Shown: positions 51,716-60,314 of the stretch, piece after piece
Numbering within the stretch: position 1 is the stretch's first letter
How the letters are laid out: each line of letters begins with the position of its first letter
Assembly (NCBI GenBank): GCA_963832495.1
Contig: CAWHUF010000012.1
Coordinates: forward strand, 74,140 to 138,139
DNA: 64,000 nucleotides
Direction of reading: 5' to 3'
From: an uncultured Acidobacteriota bacterium
GTDB lineage: Bacteria > Acidobacteriota > Thermoanaerobaculia > Multivoradales > UBA5704
Made by a program: the position numbers and the translations under genes
Notes under the pieces: generated by a model
What the model saw: only the letters and a program-made list of their open reading frames with translations
Databases searched by the model: none
Told to the model about the DNA's origin: nothing

Positions 51716-54700
51716 ATGAGCGTGGGCATCGCCATCGTCGGCATGGCGTGCCGCTACCCGGACGCCCGCACCCCGGGCGAGCTGTGGGAGAACGTGCTCG
51801 CCCGGCGGCGGGCCTTCCGCAAGGTGCCAACGGAACGGCTGAACCTCGCCGACTATCTTCCGGGGGTGACCGATCCGTCCGATCCGGACAGCCTCTATAC
51901 GATCGAGGCGGCCCTCCTCGAAGGGTGGGATTTCGACCGCGTGCGCTTCCGCGTGGCCGGCCGCACCTTCCGCGCCACCGACCACGCCCACTGGCTGGCT
52001 CTGGAGGTCGCGGCCAACGCTCTCGCCGACGCCGGCTTCCCCGACGCCGAGGGGCTGCCCCGCGACTCGACCGGCGTGCTCCTCGGCAACACCCTGACCG
52101 GCGAGTTCTCGCGCTCCAACACCCTGCGGCTGCGCTGGCCCTACGTGCGCAGGGTCCTCGCAGGCACGCTCTCGGAGCAGGGCTGGGAACAGGGGCGGAT
52201 CGACGAGATCCTCGGACAGATGGAGGTCTCCTATAAGGAGCCCTTCCCCGTGCCCATGGAGGAGTCGCTCGCGGGTGGCCTCTCCAACACCATCGCCGGC
52301 CGGATCTGCAACCACTTCGACCTCCACGGCGGCGGCTACACGCTGGACGGCGCCTGCGCCGCCTCGCTCCTCGCCGTGGCCAACGCCTGCTCGGCCCTGG
52401 CCGCGGGCGATCTCGACGTGGCCCTGGCGGGAGGGGTCGACCTCTCGCTCGATCCCTTCGAGCTGGTGGGCTTCGCCCGCGTGGGCGCGCTCGCCCATGA
52501 TGGCGAGATGCGGGTGTTCGACGCCCGTTCCGCGGGCTTCCTCCCCGGCGAGGGCTGCGGCTTCGTGGTGCTGATGCGCGAGGAGGAGGCGGCGCGCCTC
52601 GGCTGCCGCACGTACGCGGTCATCCGCGGCTGGGGCATCTCCTCGGACGGCCACGGCGGCATCAGCCGGCCCGAGTCCGAGGGGCAGAAGATGGCCCTGG
52701 CCCGGGCGTACCGGCGGGCGGGCTTCGGCATCGACACCGTGGGCTACTTCGAGGGGCACGGCACGGGCACCTCCGTGGGCGACGCGGCCGAGCTGGCGGC
52801 GTTGTCTTCGGCCCGGCGCGAGGCGGGCGCGATGACTGCGGGGGGCACGAAAGCTGCCCTCGGCTCGATCAAGGCCAACATCGGCCACACCAAGGCCGCG
52901 GCCGGGGTGGCGGGGCTGATCAAGGCGACGCTCGCCGTCCATGCCCAGGTGCTGCCGCCCACCACGGGCTGCGAGGAGCCCCACCCGGAGCTGCAGGCGC
53001 CGGACGCGCCCCTGCGCGTGCTCCAGCAGGGCGAGCCCTGGCCGTCCGGCCAGCCCCTGCGCGCCGCCGTGTCGGCCATGGGCTTCGGCGGCATCAACAC
53101 CCACGTGGTGCTGGAGGGGGAAGCGCCCCTGCGGCGGCGCTCGCTGGCCGTCCGCGAGCGCGAGCTGCTCGCCTCCTGGCAGGACGCCGAGCTGCTGCTC
53201 CTGGATGGGGCCGACCCGTCCGCCCTGGCGGCTTCGGCCGAGCAGCTGGCGGAAAAGGCCGAGCGGCTCTCCCGCGCCGAGCTGGCGGACCTGGCCGCGG
53301 GGCTCGCCTTCCGCACGGGCTCCGGCCCGGCCCGGGCGGCGGTGGTGGCCTCCAAACCGGCGGAGGCTGCCGAGCGGCTGCGGCGCCTGGCCGACGGGCT
53401 GCGCTCAGGCGAGACAGCACGCCTCGACTCCCGGCATGGCGTCTTCTTCGGGGTGGGCGCGCGGGGGCGCCGCATCGGCTTCCTCTTCCCCGGCCAGGGC
53501 TCCCCCTCCCACCTCGACGGCGGGGCCTGGCGCCGGCGATTCGAGGACCTGGAGGCGGTCTACGAGCCGGCCGGTCTCGATCCCAAGGCGGATGCCGTCA
53601 ACACGGCGGTGGCCCAGCCGGCCATCCTCACCCACTCCCTCGCCGGCCTCTGGCTGCTGGACCGGCTGGGCCTGCGCGCCGCCGTGGCCGTGGGGCACAG
53701 CCTGGGCGAGATCGCGGCCCTGCACTGGGGCGGCGCCCTTCAGGCCGCGTCCGCCCTGCGCCTCGCGACCGTCCGTGGCAGGGCCATGGCGGACGCCGGA
53801 GGTGAGCATGGCGCCATGGCGAGCCTGGGCGTCGACCCAGCCACGGTGGAGGAGCTTCTAGGGCAGGACGGCGCGGTCATCGCCGCCTATAACTCCCCCC
53901 GGCGCACGGTGATCTCCGGCCTCGCCGCGGCCGTGGACGCCGTGGTCGAGCGCGCCCGGGACCGCGGCCTCGAAGCCTCCCGGCTGCGCGTCTCCCACGC
54001 CTTCCACTCGCCCCTGATGGAGCCGGCCGCGCCGAGCCTCGCCGCCGAGCTCGAGAGGATCGCCTGGCGCCCGCTCGCCCGTCCCGTGGCGAGCACCGTG
54101 ACCGGCGCGCTCCTGGAGCCCGGCGACGATCCCCGCGCCCTGCTGCGCGATCAGCTCACCGCGCCCGTGCGTTTCACCGAGGCCTTCGGGGCCGTCTCCG
54201 GCCGCGCCGACCTGTGGATCGAGGTCGGCCCGGGCCGCGCCCTCTCGGAGCTGGCGGGCGAGTTGGTGGACACTCCGGTGATCCCCCTCGACGCGGGCGG
54301 CCCATCGCTCACCGGGCTCCTCAAGGCGGCTGGCGCGGCCTTCGCGCTGGGGGCTCCGCTGGACGTGGCCTTCCTCTTCCAGGGCCGCTTCACCCGACCG
54401 CTCGATCTCGACCGGCCGCTCCAGTTCCTGGTCAATCCGTGTGAGCTGGCGCCGGCGATGTCCGCGGCATCCGCGACGTCCTCGACGCGGGGCCCCAAGC
54501 CGAGCCCGAAGAAAGTCGTCCCCGCTCCCATGGACTTCGACGACGAGCCCGCGCCTGCCCTGGCCGCCGTTCCCGTGCAGGGGAGCAGCAACGTCCGGGA
54601 CCTCGTGCGCCAGCTCGTGGCCGAGCGGGCCGAGCTGCCGCCCGCCGCCGTGACGGACGACAGCCGCCTGCTCTCGGACCTCCATCTCAACTCCATCTCC

Positions 54701-57523
54701 GTGGGCCAGCTCGTGGTGGAGGCCTCGCGCCGGCTGGGCCTGCGCCCGCCCGCCTCCCCCACCGACTACGCCCGGGCCACGGTGGCCGAGGTGGCCCAGG
54801 CCCTGGAGGAGCAGGCGCCCGCCGGCACGGCCAGCGAAGCGTCCGGGCCGCCGGCCGGAGTCGATACCTGGGTGCGGCCGTTCACGGTGGACCTCGTGGC
54901 GCGGGACCTGCCTCACCGGGCCTCGCAGGGGAACCCCGCGGTCACTGAGAGGGGATGGCAGGTGATCGCGCCTCCAGATCTTCCTCTCGCCGAAGCGCTC
55001 CCGAAGCGGCTCGAAGGAAGAGGAGTCGCCCTCTGCCTGCCCGCGGAGCCCGACGAGCGGCACGCCGTCCTTTTCGTCGAGGCCGCCCGCGCCGCCCTGG
55101 CCGCGAAAGGGCCTCTCCGTTTCGCGCTGGTCCAGCAGGGGGGCACCAGCGGTGGCTTCGCCCGGACCTTGCACCTGGAGGTTCCAGGCGCCACGACGAC
55201 GGTGATCGATCTGCCCCTGGATCATCCGGATGCAGCTTCCCGGGTTGCCGCTGAGGTCGCCGTGGCTTCCGGCTATACCGAGGCGCATTACGACGAGCAG
55301 GGGAACCGGCGCGTGCCCGTGCTGCGCCTCCTCGATCCCGGACCGTCAGGCCCCCTCCCGATCGGCGCGGACGACGTCCTCCTGGTGACCGGCGGCGGCA
55401 AGGGCATCGCGTCCGAGTGCGCCCTGGACCTCGCCCGCGTGTCCGGCGCCCGGCTGGCCCTCCTGGGGCGGTCCCTGCCGGAGCAGGACGCCGAGCTCAC
55501 CGCCAACCTGGAGCGCATGGCCGCGGCCGGGATCACCCCGCTCTACGTCTCCGCGGACGTGACCGACGCCGCCGCCGTGGCCGCCGCCGTGGCCCGGGTG
55601 GAAGCCGAGCTGGGGCCGGTGACCGCCGTCCTGCACGGCGCCGGCGCCAACGCGCCCCGCCTGCTCGCCGCGATCGACGAAGCGGGCTTCCTGCGTACCG
55701 TGGCCCCCAAGGTGGCGGGCCTGCACAACGTGCTGGCCGCCCTGTCACCGCCGGGGCCCGGCCGGCTCCGGCTGCTCGTGACCTTCGGCTCGATCATCGC
55801 CCGCACCGGCCTGCGGGGCGAGGCCGACTACGCCGTGGCCAACGAGTGGCTGGCCCGCGCCACCGAGCGCTTCGCCCGCGAGCACCCGGGCTGCCGGTGC
55901 CTGGCCCTGGAGTGGTCCGTGTGGGCCGGCGTCGGCATGGGCGAGAAGCTGGGCACCCTGGAGAGCCTGATGGCCCAGGGGATCACCCCGATCCCGCCCG
56001 AGACTGGCGTCGAGCTGCTGCGGGACCTGATCTCGCGGGATCTGGAGGCCGTCTCGATCGTCGCCACCAGCCGCTTCGGCGATTCGAAGACCCTGGAGGT
56101 CGAGCGGGCCGAGCTGCCGCTCCTGCGCTACCTGGAGACGCCGCGCATCCATGTTCCCGGCGTTGAGCTGGTGGTGGACGCCGAGGTCTCGGCCGACACC
56201 GATCCCCACCTGGCGGACCACGTCTTCCGCGGCGAGCCCCTGTTCGCGGCCGTGCTCGGCATGGAGGCCATGGCCCAGGCCGCCATGGCGCTGGTGGGCA
56301 CGGACGAGATCCCCGTCTTCGAGGACGCCGTGTTCGCCCGCCCCGTGGCCGTGCCCCCCGGGCGCTCGACCACGATCCGGGTCGCGGCCCTCGTGCGCTC
56401 CCCCGGCAAAGTCGAGGTCGTCCTGCGCGACGCGTCGACGGGCTTCGCCGCCGACCACTTCCGCGCCGTCTGCCGCTTCGGCGGGCCCTTCGGCGGACCC
56501 TTGGACGCGGAGCCTCGCGTGCTCGTGCCCTTCCAGGCGGACCGGCGGGTCGATCTCGATCCCGAGGACGATCTCTACAGCGGCATCCTCTTCCACCGCG
56601 GCCGCTTCCGCCGGGTCCAGGGCTACCGCAGCCTGAGGGCCACGGAGTGCCTGGCCGAGATCGCTCCGGACGGCACCACGGCCTGGTTCGGCCGCTACCT
56701 GCCGGACCGCCTCGTGCTGGGCGATCCCGGGGCACGCGACGCGGCCATCCACGGCATCCAGGCCTGCATCCCCCACGCGACCCTGCTGCCTACGGGAGTC
56801 GAGAGGGTGACCACCTTCGGCCTCTCCAAGGACGTGCCCCTCCTCCTCGCCGCCCGCGAGAGGAGCCGCAACGGCGACGACTTCATCTACGATCTGGAGC
56901 TGCTCACCCTCGACGGCCGCCTGCGCGAGCGCTGGGAAGGCCTGAAGCTGCGGGCCGTGGACCGCACCGTCCTGCCCGAGTCCTGGACGGCGGCCCTGCT
57001 CGGCCCCTACATCGAGCGCCGCCTCCAGGAGATCCTCCCCGGCTCCCATGTCCAGGTTGCCCTCGAAGAAGAGCACGGGAACGGGCGGCGGCACCGCCCG
57101 GACGGGAAGCCTGAGACGGCGGACAGGGCGGACGGCCTCCATCTCTCCGTCTCCCACGCCGGCAGGCTCACCTTCACCGTGGCGGGAAACGGCCGCCTGG
57201 GCTGCGACCTGGAGCCCGTGGCCGAGCGGCCCGCTGAGGTCTGGGAAGGCCTCCTGGGCGGCGAGCGCTTCCGTCTGGCCGAGCTCATCGCCCGCGAGCG
57301 GGGCGAGTCGCGCGACGCCGCGGCCACCCGCGTCTGGGCCGCGGCCGAGAGCCTCACCAAGGCCGGCGTCCCCCACGGCGCTCCGCTCGTCCTGGAAAGC
57401 CGAGGGGAAGACGGTTGGCTCCTCCTGCGCTCCGGTGAGCTGACGATCGGCACCTACCTCGCCCCCGTGCGCGAGCTCCAGGGCCAGGCCGCCTTGGCCA
57501 TCCTGCTAGAGAGCGTGCATTGA
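51716..57523 (+). CDS. pksE: Iterative type I polyketide synthase of the enediyne (PksE) type: KS-AT-ACP-KR-DH-PPTase
   Basis: 1935 aa, with the ATG 1 nt after the unbU stop. KS is aa 3-467 (about 51722-53116), with Cys214 in TLDGACAASL (52355-52357), EGHGTGT and NIGHTKAAAG. AT is aa 585-880 (about 53468-54355), with GFLFPGQGS and GHSLGE (Ser662, 53699-53701). ACP is aa about 957-1032, with DLHLNSISVGQL (Ser993, 54692-54694). KR is aa about 1218-1445, with VTGGGKGIA and YAVAN. DH is aa about 1478-1750, with HLADHVFRGEPLFAAVLGME. The C-terminal PPTase-like domain is aa about 1755-1935, with GCDLE and WAAAESLTKA. Confidence 0.92.
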   Translation: MSVGIAIVGMACRYPDARTPGELWENVLARRRAFRKVPTERLNLADYLPGVTDPSDPDSLYTIEAALLEGWDFDRVRFRVAGRTFRATDHAHWLALEVAANALADAGFPDAEGLPRDSTGVLLGNTLTGEFSRSNTLRLRWPYVRRVLAGTLSEQGWEQGRIDEILGQMEVSYKEPFPVPMEESLAGGLSNTIAGRICNHFDLHGGGYTLDGACAASLLAVANACSALAAGDLDVALAGGVDLSLDPFELVGFARVGALAHDGEMRVFDARSAGFLPGEGCGFVVLMREEEAARLGCRTYAVIRGWGISSDGHGGISRPESEGQKMALARAYRRAGFGIDTVGYFEGHGTGTSVGDAAELAALSSARREAGAMTAGGTKAALGSIKANIGHTKAAAGVAGLIKATLAVHAQVLPPTTGCEEPHPELQAPDAPLRVLQQGEPWPSGQPLRAAVSAMGFGGINTHVVLEGEAPLRRRSLAVRERELLASWQDAELLLLDGADPSALAASAEQLAEKAERLSRAELADLAAGLAFRTGSGPARAAVVASKPAEAAERLRRLADGLRSGETARLDSRHGVFFGVGARGRRIGFLFPGQGSPSHLDGGAWRRRFEDLEAVYEPAGLDPKADAVNTAVAQPAILTHSLAGLWLLDRLGLRAAVAVGHSLGEIAALHWGGALQAASALRLATVRGRAMADAGGEHGAMASLGVDPATVEELLGQDGAVIAAYNSPRRTVISGLAAAVDAVVERARDRGLEASRLRVSHAFHSPLMEPAAPSLAAELERIAWRPLARPVASTVTGALLEPGDDPRALLRDQLTAPVRFTEAFGAVSGRADLWIEVGPGRALSELAGELVDTPVIPLDAGGPSLTGLLKAAGAAFALGAPLDVAFLFQGRFTRPLDLDRPLQFLVNPCELAPAMSAASATSSTRGPKPSPKKVVPAPMDFDDEPAPALAAVPVQGSSNVRDLVRQLVAERAELPPAAVTDDSRLLSDLHLNSISVGQLVVEASRRLGLRPPASPTDYARATVAEVAQALEEQAPAGTASEASGPPAGVDTWVRPFTVDLVARDLPHRASQGNPAVTERGWQVIAPPDLPLAEALPKRLEGRGVALCLPAEPDERHAVLFVEAARAALAAKGPLRFALVQQGGTSGGFARTLHLEVPGATTTVIDLPLDHPDAASRVAAEVAVASGYTEAHYDEQGNRRVPVLRLLDPGPSGPLPIGADDVLLVTGGGKGIASECALDLARVSGARLALLGRSLPEQDAELTANLERMAAAGITPLYVSADVTDAAAVAAAVARVEAELGPVTAVLHGAGANAPRLLAAIDEAGFLRTVAPKVAGLHNVLAALSPPGPGRLRLLVTFGSIIARTGLRGEADYAVANEWLARATERFAREHPGCRCLALEWSVWAGVGMGEKLGTLESLMAQGITPIPPETGVELLRDLISRDLEAVSIVATSRFGDSKTLEVERAELPLLRYLETPRIHVPGVELVVDAEVSADTDPHLADHVFRGEPLFAAVLGMEAMAQAAMALVGTDEIPVFEDAVFARPVAVPPGRSTTIRVAALVRSPGKVEVVLRDASTGFAADHFRAVCRFGGPFGGPLDAEPRVLVPFQADRRVDLDPEDDLYSGILFHRGRFRRVQGYRSLRATECLAEIAPDGTTAWFGRYLPDRLVLGDPGARDAAIHGIQACIPHATLLPTGVERVTTFGLSKDVPLLLAARERSRNGDDFIYDLELLTLDGRLRERWEGLKLRAVDRTVLPESWTAALLGPYIERRLQEILPGSHVQVALEEEHGNGRRHRPDGKPETADRADGLHLSVSHAGRLTFTVAGNGRLGCDLEPVAERPAEVWEGLLGGERFRLAELIARERGESRDAAATRVWAAAESLTKAGVPHGAPLVLESRGEDGWLLLRSGELTIGTYLAPVRELQGQAALAILLESVH

Positions 57524-57945
57524 AGGCCTACGAATACCGCCACCAGGTGGGGTTCGAAGAGACCAACCTCGTCGGCAACGTCTACTACGTCAACCATCTG
57601 CGCTGGCAGGGGCGCTGCCGCGAGATGTTCCTGCGCGACCATGCTCCCGAGATCCTGGAAGACCTCCGCAACGGCCTCGCCCTGGCCACGGTTCGCTGCT
57701 CGTGCGACTACCTCGCCGAGCTCGAAGCCTTCGACACCATCGTCCTGCGCATGCGCCTGGGGGGCGCCGTGCAGAACCGCATCACCCTGCTCTTCGAGTA
57801 CTGGCGCCAGAACGGCGACTCTGGCACCGAGGAGCTGATCGCCCGCGGCGAGCAGGTCATCGCCTGCATGCGCCGCGAGGGCAAGGGGGCCGTCCCCACT
57901 CCCATCCCGGCACCTCTGCGCGAGGCATTGAAGCCGTACGCGTAG
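57520..57945 (+). CDS. Hotdog-fold (4HBT-type) thioesterase, enediyne E10/CalE7-like
   Basis: The TTG start overlaps the PKS stop (CATTGAAGG). MKAYEYRHQVGFEETNLVGNVYYVNHLRWQGRCREMFLRDHAP...ATVRCSCDYLAEL. Length is 141 aa. Confidence 0.85.
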   Translation: MKAYEYRHQVGFEETNLVGNVYYVNHLRWQGRCREMFLRDHAPEILEDLRNGLALATVRCSCDYLAELEAFDTIVLRMRLGGAVQNRITLLFEYWRQNGDSGTEELIARGEQVIACMRREGKGAVPTPIPAPLREALKPYA

Positions 57946-57960
57946 GGGATCCCGCCCGGC

Positions 57961-60249
57961 ATGCTGACTCTCGCCCGTGCCGCACTGGGACGTCCGCGGC
58001 TCGTCCTCCTCCTGTTCCTCCTGGGCACAGCGGCCGTCGCTCCCGGCCTGCTCCGCCTGGAGATCCGCACCGACGGCGCCGCCATCTACCCCGAGGGGGA
58101 CCTTACCGTCGAGCGGACCCTCGCCGACCGCGAGACCTTCGCCGAGCCCAGCCAGGTCATCGTCGTCGTGAGCTCAAGGCCCGGCGGCCCCCGGCTCGAA
58201 TCGCCGGCGGGGTTCCGCTTCCTGCGCCGGATCGACCAGGAGCTGCGCCGCCAGCCTGGCGTGGACCGCTCCGGCGTCCATTCGCTCGCCGACCTCGTCG
58301 AGCCGCCGCCGCCGGGGAAGATCGCGATCCTCACCTACCTCGACGAGATCCCCGACGACCCCGCCGACTTCGCCGCCCTCCTGGCGCGCATCCGCCGCCT
58401 GTCCGTGGCGAGCGGGCTCTTCCTCTCCCGGGATGGCACCACCGCGCCCATCTACGTGCCCGCCTCCCGCAACGCCGACCGCCGCGAGCTGATCCGCCAG
58501 ATCGAGAGCTGGCTCGCCGCCCGCTCCACCGCCCCTTTCGAGCTGCGGATCACGGGTCCCACGGCGGCGGAGGCGGTCCTGGGCGAGACCGTGCTCGACG
58601 ACTTGCTCAGGCTCGTGCCCCTCATGGTGGCCGCCGTCGCGCTCCTCCTGGCCTTTTCCCTGCGCACCCCGGGCGGCGTGTTGATTCCCCTCGTCCAGGT
58701 GCTCGCCACCCTCGTCTGGACCCTGGGCCTCATGGGCTGGGCGGGCGTGCCCGTCACCCTGGTGACCACCATCCTCCCCGTGCTCCTCATGGCGATGTCC
58801 ATCACGGACGAGATCCACCTGCTCGAACGGGTCCAGCACCGGCTGAGCGAGACTCTCCGGGACCTTCCCGACCGGGAGAGACTGATCAGGGCCACGGCAG
58901 CCTCCTATGCCGACCTGGTCTCTCCTCTCACCCTCACCTCGCTCACCACCGCCGCGGGCTTCTTCTCCTTCCTGGGCTCCTCCATGGCGCCGCTGCGGCA
59001 CCTGGGACTCTTCGCCGGCCTGGGGCTGCTCCTGGCCATGGCTTTCACCTTCAGCCTGGTCCCCTCCCTGATCGCTCTCCTGCCGCCGGGCTGGATCGTT
59101 CGCCGGCCGCGCCGGGAGGCGGGGGAGACCGGCACCGCCCTCGCGCTCCCCGCCTGGGAACGCCTGCTCGCCCGGCGCTCGCGGGCCTTTGCCCTGGGTG
59201 GGGCCGCCCTTCTCCTCCTCGCCGTGCCCGGGATCTTCCGGTTGACCGTGCAGGATTCCTGGATCGACAACTTCGATCCCCGTTCTTCCCTGGTCACCGC
59301 GGAGCGGGCCTTCAACGCCGCCTTCTGGGGCAGCTACCGCCTGGACGTGGTGCTCGAAGGCGAGCGGGACCTCTTCCTCACCCCCAAAGGCGCCGCTCTG
59401 CTGGAGGACGTGGACCGCCTGGCCCGTTCGGCCCCGCACGTGGGCGGCGTCCTGAGCGTCCTCCAGTTCCTGGACGTGGGCGCCCAGGCCCTCGACCTGC
59501 CGTTGCCGGTCTCCAGGCTCCAGCCACTCGACGCCCGCCGGGCCAGCGCCATGGTCGACCTCCTGGCGCTCCGGGTGAGCCTGAGGCAGTACCAGACGGC
59601 GGACAAGAGCCAGGCGCGGGTCCGCCTGTTCGTGCCCGACGCCGACTACGCCAAGGGGGCCGAGCTGCGCGCCTGGCTCGAACGGCGCCTGCCGGAAATC
59701 GCCCGGCGCCACGGCGTGCGCGCCCACGTCTCCGGCGACGTGGCCGTGGGTCTGGCCGTGGTCGGGTCCGTGGTGGGCAACCAGCTCCGTTCGATCGGCT
59801 GGACCGCGGTGATGATCGTCCTCACCCTGCTCATCGCCTTCCGCAGCCTGCGCTGGACGGCGGTCGCCACCCCTCCCGTGCTCGCCGCCACCCTGCTGCT
59901 GTTCGCGGCCCTGGGCTACGCGGGGATCCCGCTCGGCATCGCCACCAGCATGTTCGCGGCCCTGAACCTGGGCGCCGGGGTCGATTTCGCCCTCCACTAC
60001 GTCCATGCCTACCGGCGCGAGAAGGGGAGGGGCCTGGGGCATGACGAAGCCGTGCTCGCCACTCTGCGCACCGCCGGCCGGGGCCTGCTCTGGAACGCCC
60101 TGGTCCTGGCCTTCGGCTTTTCCGTGCTGGCCTTCTCCGCCATCAAGCCCAACGCCAGCCTCGGGTTCCTCCTCGCCACGGCCATGCTCGCCAGCTACGC
60201 CACGACCGTGGTGTTCCTGCCGGAGATCCTGCGGCGGGCGGGCCGATAA
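57961..60249 (+). CDS. MMPL/RND-superfamily exporter, paralogue 2
   Basis: 762 aa, starting 15 nt after the TE gene. It is collinear with 44526..46928: LTLTSLTTAAGFFSFLGSSMAPLRHLGLFAGLGLLL, NLGAGVDFALHYVHAY. Confidence 0.8.
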   Translation: MLTLARAALGRPRLVLLLFLLGTAAVAPGLLRLEIRTDGAAIYPEGDLTVERTLADRETFAEPSQVIVVVSSRPGGPRLESPAGFRFLRRIDQELRRQPGVDRSGVHSLADLVEPPPPGKIAILTYLDEIPDDPADFAALLARIRRLSVASGLFLSRDGTTAPIYVPASRNADRRELIRQIESWLAARSTAPFELRITGPTAAEAVLGETVLDDLLRLVPLMVAAVALLLAFSLRTPGGVLIPLVQVLATLVWTLGLMGWAGVPVTLVTTILPVLLMAMSITDEIHLLERVQHRLSETLRDLPDRERLIRATAASYADLVSPLTLTSLTTAAGFFSFLGSSMAPLRHLGLFAGLGLLLAMAFTFSLVPSLIALLPPGWIVRRPRREAGETGTALALPAWERLLARRSRAFALGGAALLLLAVPGIFRLTVQDSWIDNFDPRSSLVTAERAFNAAFWGSYRLDVVLEGERDLFLTPKGAALLEDVDRLARSAPHVGGVLSVLQFLDVGAQALDLPLPVSRLQPLDARRASAMVDLLALRVSLRQYQTADKSQARVRLFVPDADYAKGAELRAWLERRLPEIARRHGVRAHVSGDVAVGLAVVGSVVGNQLRSIGWTAVMIVLTLLIAFRSLRWTAVATPPVLAATLLLFAALGYAGIPLGIATSMFAALNLGAGVDFALHYVHAYRREKGRGLGHDEAVLATLRTAGRGLLWNALVLAFGFSVLAFSAIKPNASLGFLLATAMLASYATTVVFLPEILRRAGR

Positions 60250-60265
60250 GCCCGAACCAAGAAAA

Positions 60266-60290
60266 AGGCCGGCGCCCGAGGCGCCGGCCT
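60266..60290. terminator. Bidirectional intrinsic-terminator-like hairpin between convergent genes
   Basis: AAAAAGGCCGGCGCC-cga-GGCGCCGGCCTTCCTT is an 11-bp perfect GC-rich stem, flanked by an A-run on the 5' side and a T/C-rich tract on the 3' side. It lies 17 nt after the MMPL stop and 25 nt after the stop of the minus-strand gene at 60315. Confidence 0.65.
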
Positions 60291-60314
60291 TCCTTCCCCC
60301 GTAACGGGCTATAG

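Noticed and set aside
43594-60249. Classifying the cassette as 9-membered or 10-membered enediyne type, or naming a product
   Set aside because: This requires phylogeny of PksE and the presence of class-specific accessory genes, none of which I can identify here. I make no call.
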